Positions 41,377 to 49,689 of a stretch of DNA of 64,000 bases are shown in pieces. This DNA is from Candidatus Nanopelagicales bacterium (GTDB taxonomy: Bacteria; Actinomycetota; Actinomycetes; S36-B12). Both the position numbers and the translations under genes were made by a program. The notes below the pieces were generated by a model, which saw only the letters and a list, made by a program, of their open reading frames with translations, had not been told where the DNA came from and ran no database searches. Within the stretch, counting starts at the first letter, position 1; every line of letters begins with the position of its first letter. The stretch spans positions 9,199-73,198 of the forward strand of contig JBBATH010000009.1 of the NCBI GenBank assembly GCA_040398845.1, read 5' to 3'.

Positions 41377-42681
41377 ATGGCGACCGGCAAGGTTGCTCGC
41401 CGGCCGGGCTATCGCCGCGTCGTAGCCTTCGCCCTCGCGCTCTTCGCCGGGTTGCTCATGGCGATCGCCCCCGCGATCGCCGCCGACACCGGGCTCAAGG
41501 GCACGGTTAAGGATCCCACGAGTGGTGCCGGCATCGCCGGGGTCGTCATCACCTCCGAGGGCGATGGCTTCACCGAATCGGCAACGACCGGTGCCGACGG
41601 CAAGTGGGCGATCGCGCTGCCTGGCGAGGGCACCTACACGGTGACACTGGACACGACAAGCCTTCCCTCTGGTCTGGGCCTCGCAAACCCAGAGCGCGGG
41701 ACTACATCGATCGATGCCTACTCGGGACAGGTCAAGACAATCCTTTTCCCGCTCGGCGACGGCTCAGCCCCCGCCCCGGGGTCCGAGGCCGCGTCCAAGT
41801 GGAGTCAGATCCCGCAACTCACCGTTGACGGGATCATCTTCGGCATCGTGATCGCCCTCGCCGCAGTCGGGCTCAGCCTGGTCTTCGGAACCACCAAGCT
41901 CACGAACTTCGCCCATGGCGAGCTCATCGCACTCGGCGCACTCCTCACGTTCTTCTTCAGTTCGATCGTGGGTCTCCCCCTAGTGATCGCGATCGTCGTT
42001 GCCGTTCTAGCTTCGGCGTTCATCGGTGGGTGGGTGCAGAACCGGGTACTGTGGAAGCAGTTGAGGATGCGAGGAACCGGCCTTATCGCAGCGCTCGTGG
42101 TCTCGATCGGCCTCGGGTTCTTCATTCGCTACTTCTTCCTGTTCGTGTTCGGCGGTCAAACACGGCAGTTCGACGAGTTCGCCGGCCAGGCCGGCATCGA
42201 AATAGGCCCGGTCCTCATCACTCCGAAGGACCTCATCGCCAGCTTCGTCGGCGTCATCCTCATCGGTCTCACCACCTACTGGCTGCTGCGCACGAAAGCA
42301 GGCAAGGCCACGCGTGCCGTCGCGGACAATCCCGCGCTCGCGTCGGCTTCCGGGATCGAGGTTGAGAAGGTGATCTCAACTGTGTGGATCCTCGGCGCGG
42401 GGCTGGCCGCCTTCTCCGGTGTCATGATCGGACTTCAGTCCGGCGTGAGCTGGTACATGGGGTTCCAAGTGCTCCTCCTCGTCTTCGCCGGGACAGTTCT
42501 CGGCGGACTCGGCACCGCATTTGGTGCCATCATCGGGTCCCTGATTGTCGGCGTGCTCATTCAACTGTCGACCCTCGTCATCCCGACCGAGCTCAAATAT
42601 GTCGGCGCGCTCGTCGTGCTGATTCTCATCCTCCTCATCCGACCAGAGGGCATCCTCGGTCGGCGTGAGCGGATCGGCTAA
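41377..42681 (+). CDS. livH: branched-chain amino acid (HAAT family) ABC permease LivH with an N-terminal signal peptide and Ig-like (carboxypeptidase-regulatory-like) domain
   Basis: The C-terminal ~290 aa form a LivH-type permease (LTNFAHGE..., TRAVADNPALASASGI). The N-terminal ~140 aa hold a signal sequence (VVAFALALFAGLLMAIAPAIAA) plus GTVKDPTSGAGIAGVVITSEG...TGADGKWAIALPGEGTYTVTLD. The start is taken at ATG 41377, preceded by GAGGAG. The ORF is open to 41242. Confidence 0.85.
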   Translation: MATGKVARRPGYRRVVAFALALFAGLLMAIAPAIAADTGLKGTVKDPTSGAGIAGVVITSEGDGFTESATTGADGKWAIALPGEGTYTVTLDTTSLPSGLGLANPERGTTSIDAYSGQVKTILFPLGDGSAPAPGSEAASKWSQIPQLTVDGIIFGIVIALAAVGLSLVFGTTKLTNFAHGELIALGALLTFFFSSIVGLPLVIAIVVAVLASAFIGGWVQNRVLWKQLRMRGTGLIAALVVSIGLGFFIRYFFLFVFGGQTRQFDEFAGQAGIEIGPVLITPKDLIASFVGVILIGLTTYWLLRTKAGKATRAVADNPALASASGIEVEKVISTVWILGAGLAAFSGVMIGLQSGVSWYMGFQVLLLVFAGTVLGGLGTAFGAIIGSLIVGVLIQLSTLVIPTELKYVGALVVLILILLIRPEGILGRRERIG

Positions 42682-42691
42682 GGGGCGAGAC

Positions 42692-43684
42692 ATGGATTGG
42701 CTCACTGTTTTCCAGAATTCACTCACACAGATGATCGGCGTCTCCGCCATCATCTACTGCCTTGCCGCACTGGGCCTGAACATCCAGTTCGGATATACGG
42801 GACTGCTGAACTTCGGGCAGGCCGGGTTCGCCGCCATCGGCGCCTACGCGATCGCGGTAACGGTCGCAACCCTCGGCTGGCCGCTGTGGCTCGCCCTGTT
42901 CTTCGGCATTCTCGGCGCCATCATCTTCGCACTCCTCCTCGGCATACCCACGCTGCGACTGCGAGCCGACTACCTCGCCATCGTGACGATCGCAGCGGCG
43001 GAGATCATCCGGCAGGTCGCGCGTGCGGTCTCGCTCAATGACTACTTCGGCGGATCGGACGGCATCTCTGGAAAGTACGCCGCCGACTGGTACGCACTCA
43101 ATCCCCTTCCGGTCGGTATCGACACTGCACTCATCCGCTTCAGCCGCAATGATCTATGGGTTGTCATCAACGGCTGGACCCTCGTCGCCGTCATCGTCCT
43201 CATCACCTGGCTGCTGATGCGCTCGCCATGGGGCCGGGTACTGAAGTCGATCCGAGAGGATGAGGACGCCGTTCGCAGCCTCGGCAAGAATGTTTACCTT
43301 TACAAGATGCAGGCGCTTACGCTCGGGGGCGTGATTGGCGCCTTCGCCGGCGTCATCTTCGCTGTCGCTGCGCAGTCGGTTCAACCAGACAACTACTCGA
43401 CGACCCTCACCTTCTTCGCCTACGCGGTACTCATCCTCGGCGGTGCAGCCCGAGTCTTCGGTCCGGTGGTCGGCTCAATGATCTTCTGGTTCCTCCTCGT
43501 GTTCGTCGGCCAAGCTCTCAACAATGCTGTCAAGGCCGGCTACATCTCCAGCAGCATCCTGCGGCCAGACCAAGTTGGCCAGATTCAGTTCATGCTTGTC
43601 GGATTGGGGCTGATGGCCCTGATGATCTACCGGCCACAAGGCATCTTCGGAGACGAGAAGGAGTTGGCTCTCGATGAGCGATAG
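42692..43684 (+). CDS. livM: branched-chain amino acid ABC permease LivM
   Basis: Polytopic protein with LNIQFGYTGLLNFGQAGFAAIGAY and SIREDEDAVRSLG motifs. ATG 42692 is preceded by AAGGGG. The ORF is open to 42665. Confidence 0.88.
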   Translation: MDWLTVFQNSLTQMIGVSAIIYCLAALGLNIQFGYTGLLNFGQAGFAAIGAYAIAVTVATLGWPLWLALFFGILGAIIFALLLGIPTLRLRADYLAIVTIAAAEIIRQVARAVSLNDYFGGSDGISGKYAADWYALNPLPVGIDTALIRFSRNDLWVVINGWTLVAVIVLITWLLMRSPWGRVLKSIREDEDAVRSLGKNVYLYKMQALTLGGVIGAFAGVIFAVAAQSVQPDNYSTTLTFFAYAVLILGGAARVFGPVVGSMIFWFLLVFVGQALNNAVKAGYISSSILRPDQVGQIQFMLVGLGLMALMIYRPQGIFGDEKELALDER

Positions 43685-44600
43685 TCCAGCAGCACCATCT
43701 CGCACAAAGGCGTCGAGCGTGAAGGCCGCCCTCGCGGGCGTCTCCCCAGTGCCAGGTGCCCCCAAGCCAGACGCCATCTTCATCGGTGACTCGATCACCC
43801 GATCCTTCGGCGGTCTCGCAGCGGTCGATGTAAGCCACCTCGAGGTCCAGCGCGGATCCATCACCGCGCTCATTGGCCCGAACGGGGCGGGCAAGACCAC
43901 CTTCTTCAACGTCATCACCGGCTTCGACCCGCCGAATACTGGCACCTGGTCCTTCGAGGGATCCTCACTGGCCGGAACACCCGCCTACAAGGTCGCCCGC
44001 GAAGGAATGATCAGGACCTTTCAGCTCACGAAGGTCCTCAACAAGCTCACCGTCCTTGAGAATATGCGGCTAGGCGCGCAGGGCCAGAGTGGCGAGGGCC
44101 TTTTCCGCGCTCTCATTCCCGCACTTTGGCGAAAGCAGGAAGACGAGATCACCGCGCGCGCACTTGGCATGCTTGAGCAGTTCAATCTCATCCACGTCAA
44201 GGATGAATTCGCTGGGTCTCTATCAGGCGGTCAGCGCAAGCTGCTGGAAATGGCCCGCGCCATGATGTCGAATCCATCGATGCTCATGCTCGATGAGCCC
44301 ATGGCCGGAGTCAACCCAGCGCTCACCCAGTCACTTCTCGAGCACATCAAGGAGTTGCGCGAGACCGGTATCACGATCTTCTTCGTCGAGCATGACATGG
44401 ACATGGTTCGTGACATCAGTGACTGGGTCATTGTGATGGCCCAAGGCTCCATCATCGCCGAGGGGCCACCGTCTGACGTCATGCGCAACCCCGCGGTGAT
44501 CGACGCCTACCTCGGTGACCATCACGATGTTGCCCTGACAGAATCCGGCGAGTCGCTGACTGACTCGAATGTTTCCCCGACCAAGAGTGAGGAATCATGA
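43674..44600 (+). CDS. livG: branched-chain amino acid ABC ATP-binding protein LivG
   Basis: GPNGAGKTT, LSGGQRKLLEMARAM, LMLDEPMAGV. It has N- and C-terminal low-complexity extensions. Confidence 0.9.
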   Translation: MSDSPAAPSRTKASSVKAALAGVSPVPGAPKPDAIFIGDSITRSFGGLAAVDVSHLEVQRGSITALIGPNGAGKTTFFNVITGFDPPNTGTWSFEGSSLAGTPAYKVAREGMIRTFQLTKVLNKLTVLENMRLGAQGQSGEGLFRALIPALWRKQEDEITARALGMLEQFNLIHVKDEFAGSLSGGQRKLLEMARAMMSNPSMLMLDEPMAGVNPALTQSLLEHIKELRETGITIFFVEHDMDMVRDISDWVIVMAQGSIIAEGPPSDVMRNPAVIDAYLGDHHDVALTESGESLTDSNVSPTKSEES

Positions 44601-45388
44601 GCGAGCAGGCGGCGTCCAGCGGAGCGGTCACCCCCAACCAGCCGCATACTGAGGTTCCCCCCCACGCGGTGCCACTCCTCAACGCCATTGATGTCGAAGC
44701 GGGCTACTTTCCTGGAGTGAACATCCTCAACGGCATGACCCTGCACGCGCAGGAAGGTGAACTGGTCGGGATCATCGGCCCGAACGGTGCCGGCAAGTCG
44801 ACCTTCCTCAAGGCTGTCTTCGGCCTGGTTGGAGTTCGGTCGGGCACCATGGCACTGCACGGCCACGACATCACCGGCCTGCGTGCTGATGAACTCGTGC
44901 GCCGGGGTGTGGGCTTCGTGCCCCAGACAAACAACGTGTTCCCCTCGCTCACCATCGAAGAAAACCTCCAGATGGGCGTATATCAAGAGCCAAAGAAGTT
45001 CCCGGAGCGCTTCGAGATGGTGACGTCCCTCTTCCCCATGCTCGGCGAGCGACGCAAGCAGCGGGCAGGATCACTGTCGGGCGGCGAGCGTCAAATGGTC
45101 GCAATGTCGAGGGCGCTCATGATGAGCCCTAGCTTGCTTCTCCTTGATGAACCCAGTGCTGGCCTGTCCCCCGCGCTGCAAGACGAGGTGTTCTTGCGCG
45201 TCAAGGAGATCAACGCCACCGGTGTCACGATCGTCATGGTCGAGCAGAACGCTAGGCGCTGCCTGCAGATCGTTGATCGAGGGTACGTTCTTGATCAAGG
45301 GCGCAATGCCTATGAGGGCACCGGGCGTGAGCTTGCGAATGACCCGAAGGTGATCGAACTCTATCTGGGCTCACTTTCACAGGCCTAA
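44597..45388 (+). CDS. livF: branched-chain amino acid ABC ATP-binding protein LivF
   Basis: GPNGAGKST, LSGGERQMVAMSRAL, LLLDEPSAGL. ATGA overlap with livG. Confidence 0.9.
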   Translation: MSEQAASSGAVTPNQPHTEVPPHAVPLLNAIDVEAGYFPGVNILNGMTLHAQEGELVGIIGPNGAGKSTFLKAVFGLVGVRSGTMALHGHDITGLRADELVRRGVGFVPQTNNVFPSLTIEENLQMGVYQEPKKFPERFEMVTSLFPMLGERRKQRAGSLSGGERQMVAMSRALMMSPSLLLLDEPSAGLSPALQDEVFLRVKEINATGVTIVMVEQNARRCLQIVDRGYVLDQGRNAYEGTGRELANDPKVIELYLGSLSQA

Positions 45389-45417
45389 GCATCCCTGCGC
45401 CAGACGCGCACTTAGCA

Positions 45418-45453
45418 GGGCCCCCATCTCCGCTTGCGAGATCGGGGCCCTTT
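45418..45453 (+). terminator. intrinsic terminator after livF
   Basis: GGGCCCCCATCTC / GAGATCGGGGCCC form a 13-bp stem with one C-C mismatch and a 7-nt loop, followed by TTT. It lies 30 nt after the livF stop. Confidence 0.65.
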
Positions 45454-45492
45454 GCGGCCTATTGGCCTTGACGTTGGCGTGACCAATGAAAC

Positions 45493-45530
45493 GAGCGTGG
45501 GCCGATCCCCTTCGGGATCGACCCACGCTC
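45493..45530 (-). terminator. intrinsic terminator after the Liv-type binding-protein gene
   Basis: 17-bp stem with one mismatch (GAGCGTGGGCCGATCCC / GGGATCGACCCACGCTC) and loop CTTC. On the minus strand it is followed by GTTTCATT. It lies 38 nt after the stop at 45568. Confidence 0.65.
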
Positions 45531-45567
45531 ATAACTCACGAGTTCACACTCGCGGACGAGTCCAACC

Positions 45568-46872
45568 TCAGGAGGTGGGAACCGTTCCGGTCACGAACTC
45601 ATCGAGCCTCGGCACGTACTTGTCATTTGCCTCGTACTCGTAGACACCCATTGTGGCAATGCTGGGGTCACCATTGTCAGCGAACTCAACCGGGCCGGAA
45701 ACACCCTCGTAGTTGAAGTCGGTGCCCGCATCGAGGAGCGCCTTGCATGACGCGAAGTCGGCGCAGTTCTCGCCATCCTTCGAGACACTCTGAAGCGCGG
45801 CAGCGATTGCGGTGCCGTCGCAGGACTGCGCGACCTCCATGCCAAGGGCAATGAGGTTGACAGCGTCGTAGGCCTCAGGTGCGTACGAGAAGTCAGTCAG
45901 ATCCGGGTTCACGGTAAGCAACTCGCCCTGGAACTGCGAGGTCGCCGCAGCGCCCGGAAGGGTGCCCTTCGTTCCGACCATGATGCCCTTGGGCAGCTCG
46001 GCGAACGCCTGCTGTGAAAGGTTGCCATCAACTAGGTACAGCGGAACTGTGTCCGGACCGATGCCCTGCTTGATGAGCTCCTGGACGATCTTCACCGACT
46101 CCTCGAAACCGATGACCGCGATCGCACCGGGCTTGCTCGCCTTGAGCTTGCCGACCTCGGCACTGAACTCGGCGGCCTGCGGGTTGTAGATGACCTTCTC
46201 GGTCACTGTGCCGCCACCTGCGGTGAAGTTGGCCTCAAGTGCATCGGCCAGGCCGGTGCCATAGGAGTCGTCCATCGCGAGGATGCCGGCCTGCTCGACG
46301 CCCGCATCGAGCATGAGGGATCCGAGCACCGCGCCCTGGAACAGATCCGACGGTGCGGTGCGGAAGTACAGACCGTTGTCGGCGTAATCGGAGAGGGTCG
46401 GCGAGGTGTTCGCCGGCGAGAAGTGGATGACGCCCGCGCCGGTGATCTTGTCGATGACCGTGAGCGAAACACCCGAGGATGCCGCACCAATGATCGCGGA
46501 AACGCCAGCGGCGATGTGGCTGTCAGCGGTCTGCGATGCGATGTCGGTGCTGGTATCGCCTGAGTCACCCGTGAGGTTCTCGAGCGGACTGCCGAGGACG
46601 CCGCCGGCAGCGTTGATCTGGGCAACTGCAAGATCGACGCCCGCGAATTCGGGTGGGCCGAGGAACGCAAGGTTGCCCGTCTGCGGCAGCATCGTGCCGA
46701 TCTTGCAGGCTGCCGTGACTGCTGCCTCGCTGGCTGCGGCGCTCGGCGCCGCACTGCTTGCAGCCGGTGCTGCACTCGATGCCGCTGTCTCGCTGCTGCC
46801 ACCGCATGCGGCGAGCGTGAGCGAAAGAGCACCGAGCACGGCGGCCGACTTAAGGACCGTAGTGCGCTTCAT
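45568..46872 (-). CDS. Leu/Ile/Val-binding-protein family (type I periplasmic binding fold) ABC substrate-binding lipoprotein
   Basis: Signal peptide with lipobox LAACGG followed by an Ala/Ser-rich linker. The body resembles LivJ/K-type binding proteins (KIGTMLPQTGNLAFLG...). ATG 46870-46872 is preceded by AAGGAGAA. The ORF is open to 46890. Confidence 0.85.
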   Translation of the reverse strand: MKRTTVLKSAAVLGALSLTLAACGGSSETAASSAAPAASSAAPSAAASEAAVTAACKIGTMLPQTGNLAFLGPPEFAGVDLAVAQINAAGGVLGSPLENLTGDSGDTSTDIASQTADSHIAAGVSAIIGAASSGVSLTVIDKITGAGVIHFSPANTSPTLSDYADNGLYFRTAPSDLFQGAVLGSLMLDAGVEQAGILAMDDSYGTGLADALEANFTAGGGTVTEKVIYNPQAAEFSAEVGKLKASKPGAIAVIGFEESVKIVQELIKQGIGPDTVPLYLVDGNLSQQAFAELPKGIMVGTKGTLPGAAATSQFQGELLTVNPDLTDFSYAPEAYDAVNLIALGMEVAQSCDGTAIAAALQSVSKDGENCADFASCKALLDAGTDFNYEGVSGPVEFADNGDPSIATMGVYEYEANDKYVPRLDEFVTGTVPTS

Positions 46873-47006
46873 GTTTCTCCTTGGATACATGTCAACGACA
46901 ACTCTTGTCGTCGCGGTGGCACGATTCTATGACGGGTTCGGCTACCGAGGGGTAGCCGCGGAGCGTTTCGGTGCCCCTTCGTAACCGATCCGTTATAAAC
47001 AACGAG

Positions 47007-47612
47007 TTACTCCTGCGATTTTGCGTTCGCGACCACCCGCGAGGCCTCTTCAGCAAGCGTGATGCGCGCGTCCATTGCCTGCCGCCGCAGCAGGGTGAAT
47101 GCCTCAGCCTCGGTGAGACCGAGGGCGCGTTGCATGAGGGTCTTAGCGACGTCGACCGTCTCACGGGCCCCAACTCGCTCGCTCAGGTCACCCACCTGCT
47201 CCGCTAGATCGCGCATCTGCAGCCATCGCGCCCGGGCCATCTCGACAGCGGGGCCGAGATCAGACCCAGAGCATGGCTTGACGACGTATCCCATGACACC
47301 TACCTCAGCGGCTCGTAGCACCGTGTCACGCTGGCTGAAGGCAGTGAGCATCACAACTGCCGCGATTCCACCGTCAACGATTTCCTCTGCGGCCGAAAGA
47401 CCATCCCGCACCGGCATCGCGACATCGAGCAGGACCACGTCAGGGCGCAACTCCTTTGCAAGGTCCACGGCCCGCTGCCCGTTGCCGGCTTGGCCCACCA
47501 CCTGGTAACCAAGTTCCTCGAGCATCTCCACGAGGTCAAGGCGAATAAGTGCCTCATCCTCAGCCACGACCACCCTGATTACCTCGCGATCGATCTCCGC
47601 CTTGTTCACCAT
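47007..47612 (-). CDS. pdtaR: ANTAR-domain response regulator (PdtaR type)
   Basis: Receiver domain (VVVAEDEALIRLDLVEML..., PDVVLLDVAMP) plus a C-terminal ANTAR helix bundle (VDVAKTLMQRALGLTEAEAFTLLRRQAMDARITL). The start ATG 47610-47612 was verified. The upstream extension was rejected. Confidence 0.9.
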   Translation of the reverse strand: MVNKAEIDREVIRVVVAEDEALIRLDLVEMLEELGYQVVGQAGNGQRAVDLAKELRPDVVLLDVAMPVRDGLSAAEEIVDGGIAAVVMLTAFSQRDTVLRAAEVGVMGYVVKPCSGSDLGPAVEMARARWLQMRDLAEQVGDLSERVGARETVDVAKTLMQRALGLTEAEAFTLLRRQAMDARITLAEEASRVVANAKSQE

Positions 47613-47692
47613 GACGCCAGCGTAGTTTGGAGGCTGCGCCCCACAGGCCGCTCGACTGCCCCGCCCGCAGGCGCCACTACGCTTTACCCTGT

Positions 47693-47766
47693 GCCCCGGT
47701 ACCCCAACCGGCAGAGGGAGCCGACTCAAACTCGGTCCAGTGTGAGTTCAAATCTCACCCGGGGCA
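47693..47766 (+). tRNA. tRNA with anticodon CAA (Leu) but class-I architecture (5-nt variable region); function or pseudogene status uncertain
   Basis: Manual cloverleaf: acceptor GCCCCGG/CCGGGGC; U8; D-arm CCC..AACCGGCAGA..GGG with GG; anticodon stem GCCGA/TCGGT; loop CTCAAAC; variable CCAGT; T-arm GTGAG-TTCAAAT-CTCAC; discriminator A. No CCA is encoded. Confidence 0.6.
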
Positions 47767-47803
47767 CACCTGCCCGTGTGATGTGCGTCCGTAGGCTGCA
47801 CGG

Positions 47804-48625
47804 ATGGATTCCTTTGAGATCAACCTCAGCAACTGGAATGAGCGAGTTCCGCTGCATGCGGCTTCGCTCGAGTACGGTCTCGACCGATTCCGCGGTGATC
47901 CCGGACATCTCAGCGACGTCGTGCGGTTCGATCGTGACCGTTTGGGCTCACTGCAGGGGCAACGCGTCGCTCACCTGCAGTGCCACATCGGTACCGACAC
48001 GGTGTCGCTAGCCCGACTCGGTGCCGCGCATGTCTCCGGGCTCGACTTCTCCCCTCCCGCAGTCGCGGTGGCGCGGCAGCTCGCCCTTGACCTTCAGCTC
48101 CCAGTCAATATCGTCGAAGCCGATGTCTATTGCGCGCCGGAGGCTCTCGGACGTGGGGTATTCGACGTCGTCTACACCGGTATCGGTGCACTGTGCTGGC
48201 TTCCCGATATCGACCGGTGGGCGAACGTGGTGTCCGATCTGCTCGCGCCCGGCGGCCGGCTGTTCCTGCGAGAAGGACATCCGGTGCTGTGGTCGCTGGA
48301 CTACGAGGCGCACGATTCACTCGTCATCGGGCATCCGTATTTCGAGACCGCCGAGCCGATCATCGACGTGGAGGACTCCACCTATGTCGAGACAGACTCA
48401 CGATTGCAGAACACCGTGACCCATAGTTGGAATCACGGCCTCGCCGAGGTCATCACGGCGGTCATGAACCACGGACTGACACTGACCGGGCTCGACGAAC
48501 ACATGAGCGTGCCATGGGCAGCGCTCCCTGAGCAGATGGTCCCCACCTCGGGCGGCGAATGGGTGTTGAAGGATCGGCCAGACCGGCTCCCGCTCACCTA
48601 CACCCTTCAAGCCTCAAAGGGCTGA
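47804..48625 (+). CDS. class I SAM-dependent methyltransferase
   Basis: 273 aa, with motif I-like HLQCHIGTDTVSLARLGA and an acidic post-I residue (SGLDFS). Confidence 0.8.
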   Translation: MDSFEINLSNWNERVPLHAASLEYGLDRFRGDPGHLSDVVRFDRDRLGSLQGQRVAHLQCHIGTDTVSLARLGAAHVSGLDFSPPAVAVARQLALDLQLPVNIVEADVYCAPEALGRGVFDVVYTGIGALCWLPDIDRWANVVSDLLAPGGRLFLREGHPVLWSLDYEAHDSLVIGHPYFETAEPIIDVEDSTYVETDSRLQNTVTHSWNHGLAEVITAVMNHGLTLTGLDEHMSVPWAALPEQMVPTSGGEWVLKDRPDRLPLTYTLQASKG

Positions 48626-49059
48626 GGTCGCGCGGCCTCGATTCCAAGCCGAGCCTTCACGTCCGATAGTCGACCGAGCAGGCCGTTAACGAACGTCGCA
48701 GACTCCTCGGTCGAGAGATCCTGGGCCAGCGTGACCGCCTCGGAAATCGCCACTGCATCGGGAATGTCATCACGCCACAGAACTTCGTAGCAGGCCATTC
48801 GCAGGATCGACCGATCAACGGCAGGCATCCGGGTGAGGGTCCACCCCATGGCGTAGGTACCGAGGAGCTCATCGATGCGCTCCCGATGGATCTGCACCCC
48901 CTCGACCAGTTCGCTCACATAGGCGTTGAGCGCAGGATCACCTGACTCGAGCCTGCGGTCCACCTGCGAAGTGAGAACATCACTCGCAGACGTACCGCGC
49001 ATGTCCGATTCGTACAGGACGTCAAGCGCGCGCTTGCGGGCCTTGCTTCGAGCAGACAT
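48607..49059 (-). CDS. nusB: transcription antitermination factor NusB
   Basis: 150 aa: RSKARKRALDVLYESDMRG..., AVDRSILRMACYEVLW, ISEAVTLA. Confidence 0.93.
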   Translation of the reverse strand: MSARSKARKRALDVLYESDMRGTSASDVLTSQVDRRLESGDPALNAYVSELVEGVQIHRERIDELLGTYAMGWTLTRMPAVDRSILRMACYEVLWRDDIPDAVAISEAVTLAQDLSTEESATFVNGLLGRLSDVKARLGIEAARPQPFEA

Positions 49060-49072
49060 TCGACGAGTACGA

Positions 49073-49636
49073 CTAGTCGTTCACGCGGCCGAGGTAGGAC
49101 CCGTCACGAGTGTCGACCTTCACCTTCGTGTTCGACTCCAGAAAGAGTGGGACCTGGATCTCGGCGCCGGTCTCTAGGGTTGCGGGCTTCGTACCACCTG
49201 TGGAGCGATCGCCCTGCAGACCGGGCTCGGTGTACGTGAGCATCAACTCGACTGATGCTGGGAGATCAACGATGATCGGCGTCCCCTCATGAACCGAGAT
49301 GTTCGCGACCTGATTCTCGAGCAGGTACTTCGATGCATCCCCGACCACCGAATTCGGGACCTGGAACTGCTCGAAATTCGTGGTGTCCATGAATACCCAG
49401 TCATCACCGTCACGGTAGAGGTACTGCATGTCGCGGCGATCGACCGTTGCCGTCTCGACCTTGACGCCAGCATTGAATGTGCGGTCAACGACCTTCCCGG
49501 AGAGGACATTCTTTAGTTTCGTCCTGACGAACGCCCCGCCCTTCCCTGGCTTCACGTGCTGGAAATCGATGACCGACCAAAGTTGGCCATCGATATTGAG
49601 CACAATCCCGTTCTTCAGATCATTGGAAGTCGCCAC
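49073..49636 (-). CDS. efp: elongation factor P
   Basis: 187 aa: [35 protein letters not shown] (the conserved loop). Confidence 0.97.
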   Translation of the reverse strand: MATSNDLKNGIVLNIDGQLWSVIDFQHVKPGKGGAFVRTKLKNVLSGKVVDRTFNAGVKVETATVDRRDMQYLYRDGDDWVFMDTTNFEQFQVPNSVVGDASKYLLENQVANISVHEGTPIIVDLPASVELMLTYTEPGLQGDRSTGGTKPATLETGAEIQVPLFLESNTKVKVDTRDGSYLGRVND

Positions 49637-49689
49637 GTTGCCATCTCCTGTATCTCGTCTGTTCTTCCGGCCAGGGCCGACAATCTGTG

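Noticed and set aside
41377-46872. The Liv-type transporter as a urea (Urt) transporter serving the urease-like genes
   Set aside because: The gene order and the separately oriented binding-protein gene do not match urtABCDE. It lies 23 kb from the urease-like genes, and I could not identify Urt-specific motifs by eye.
46873-47006. Canonical ANTAR dual-hexaloop target in the binding-protein leader
   Set aside because: Stable hairpins exist, but their loops (CCTC, GAG/AGAGT, GTTTAT) do not match the A-x-x-G hexaloop pattern. It is kept only as a low-interest hypothesis.
47613-47803. Integrated mobile element at the tRNA locus
   Set aside because: No integrase, excisionase or transposase ORF lies on either side. 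I found no direct repeat of the tRNA 3' half in the flanking sequence.
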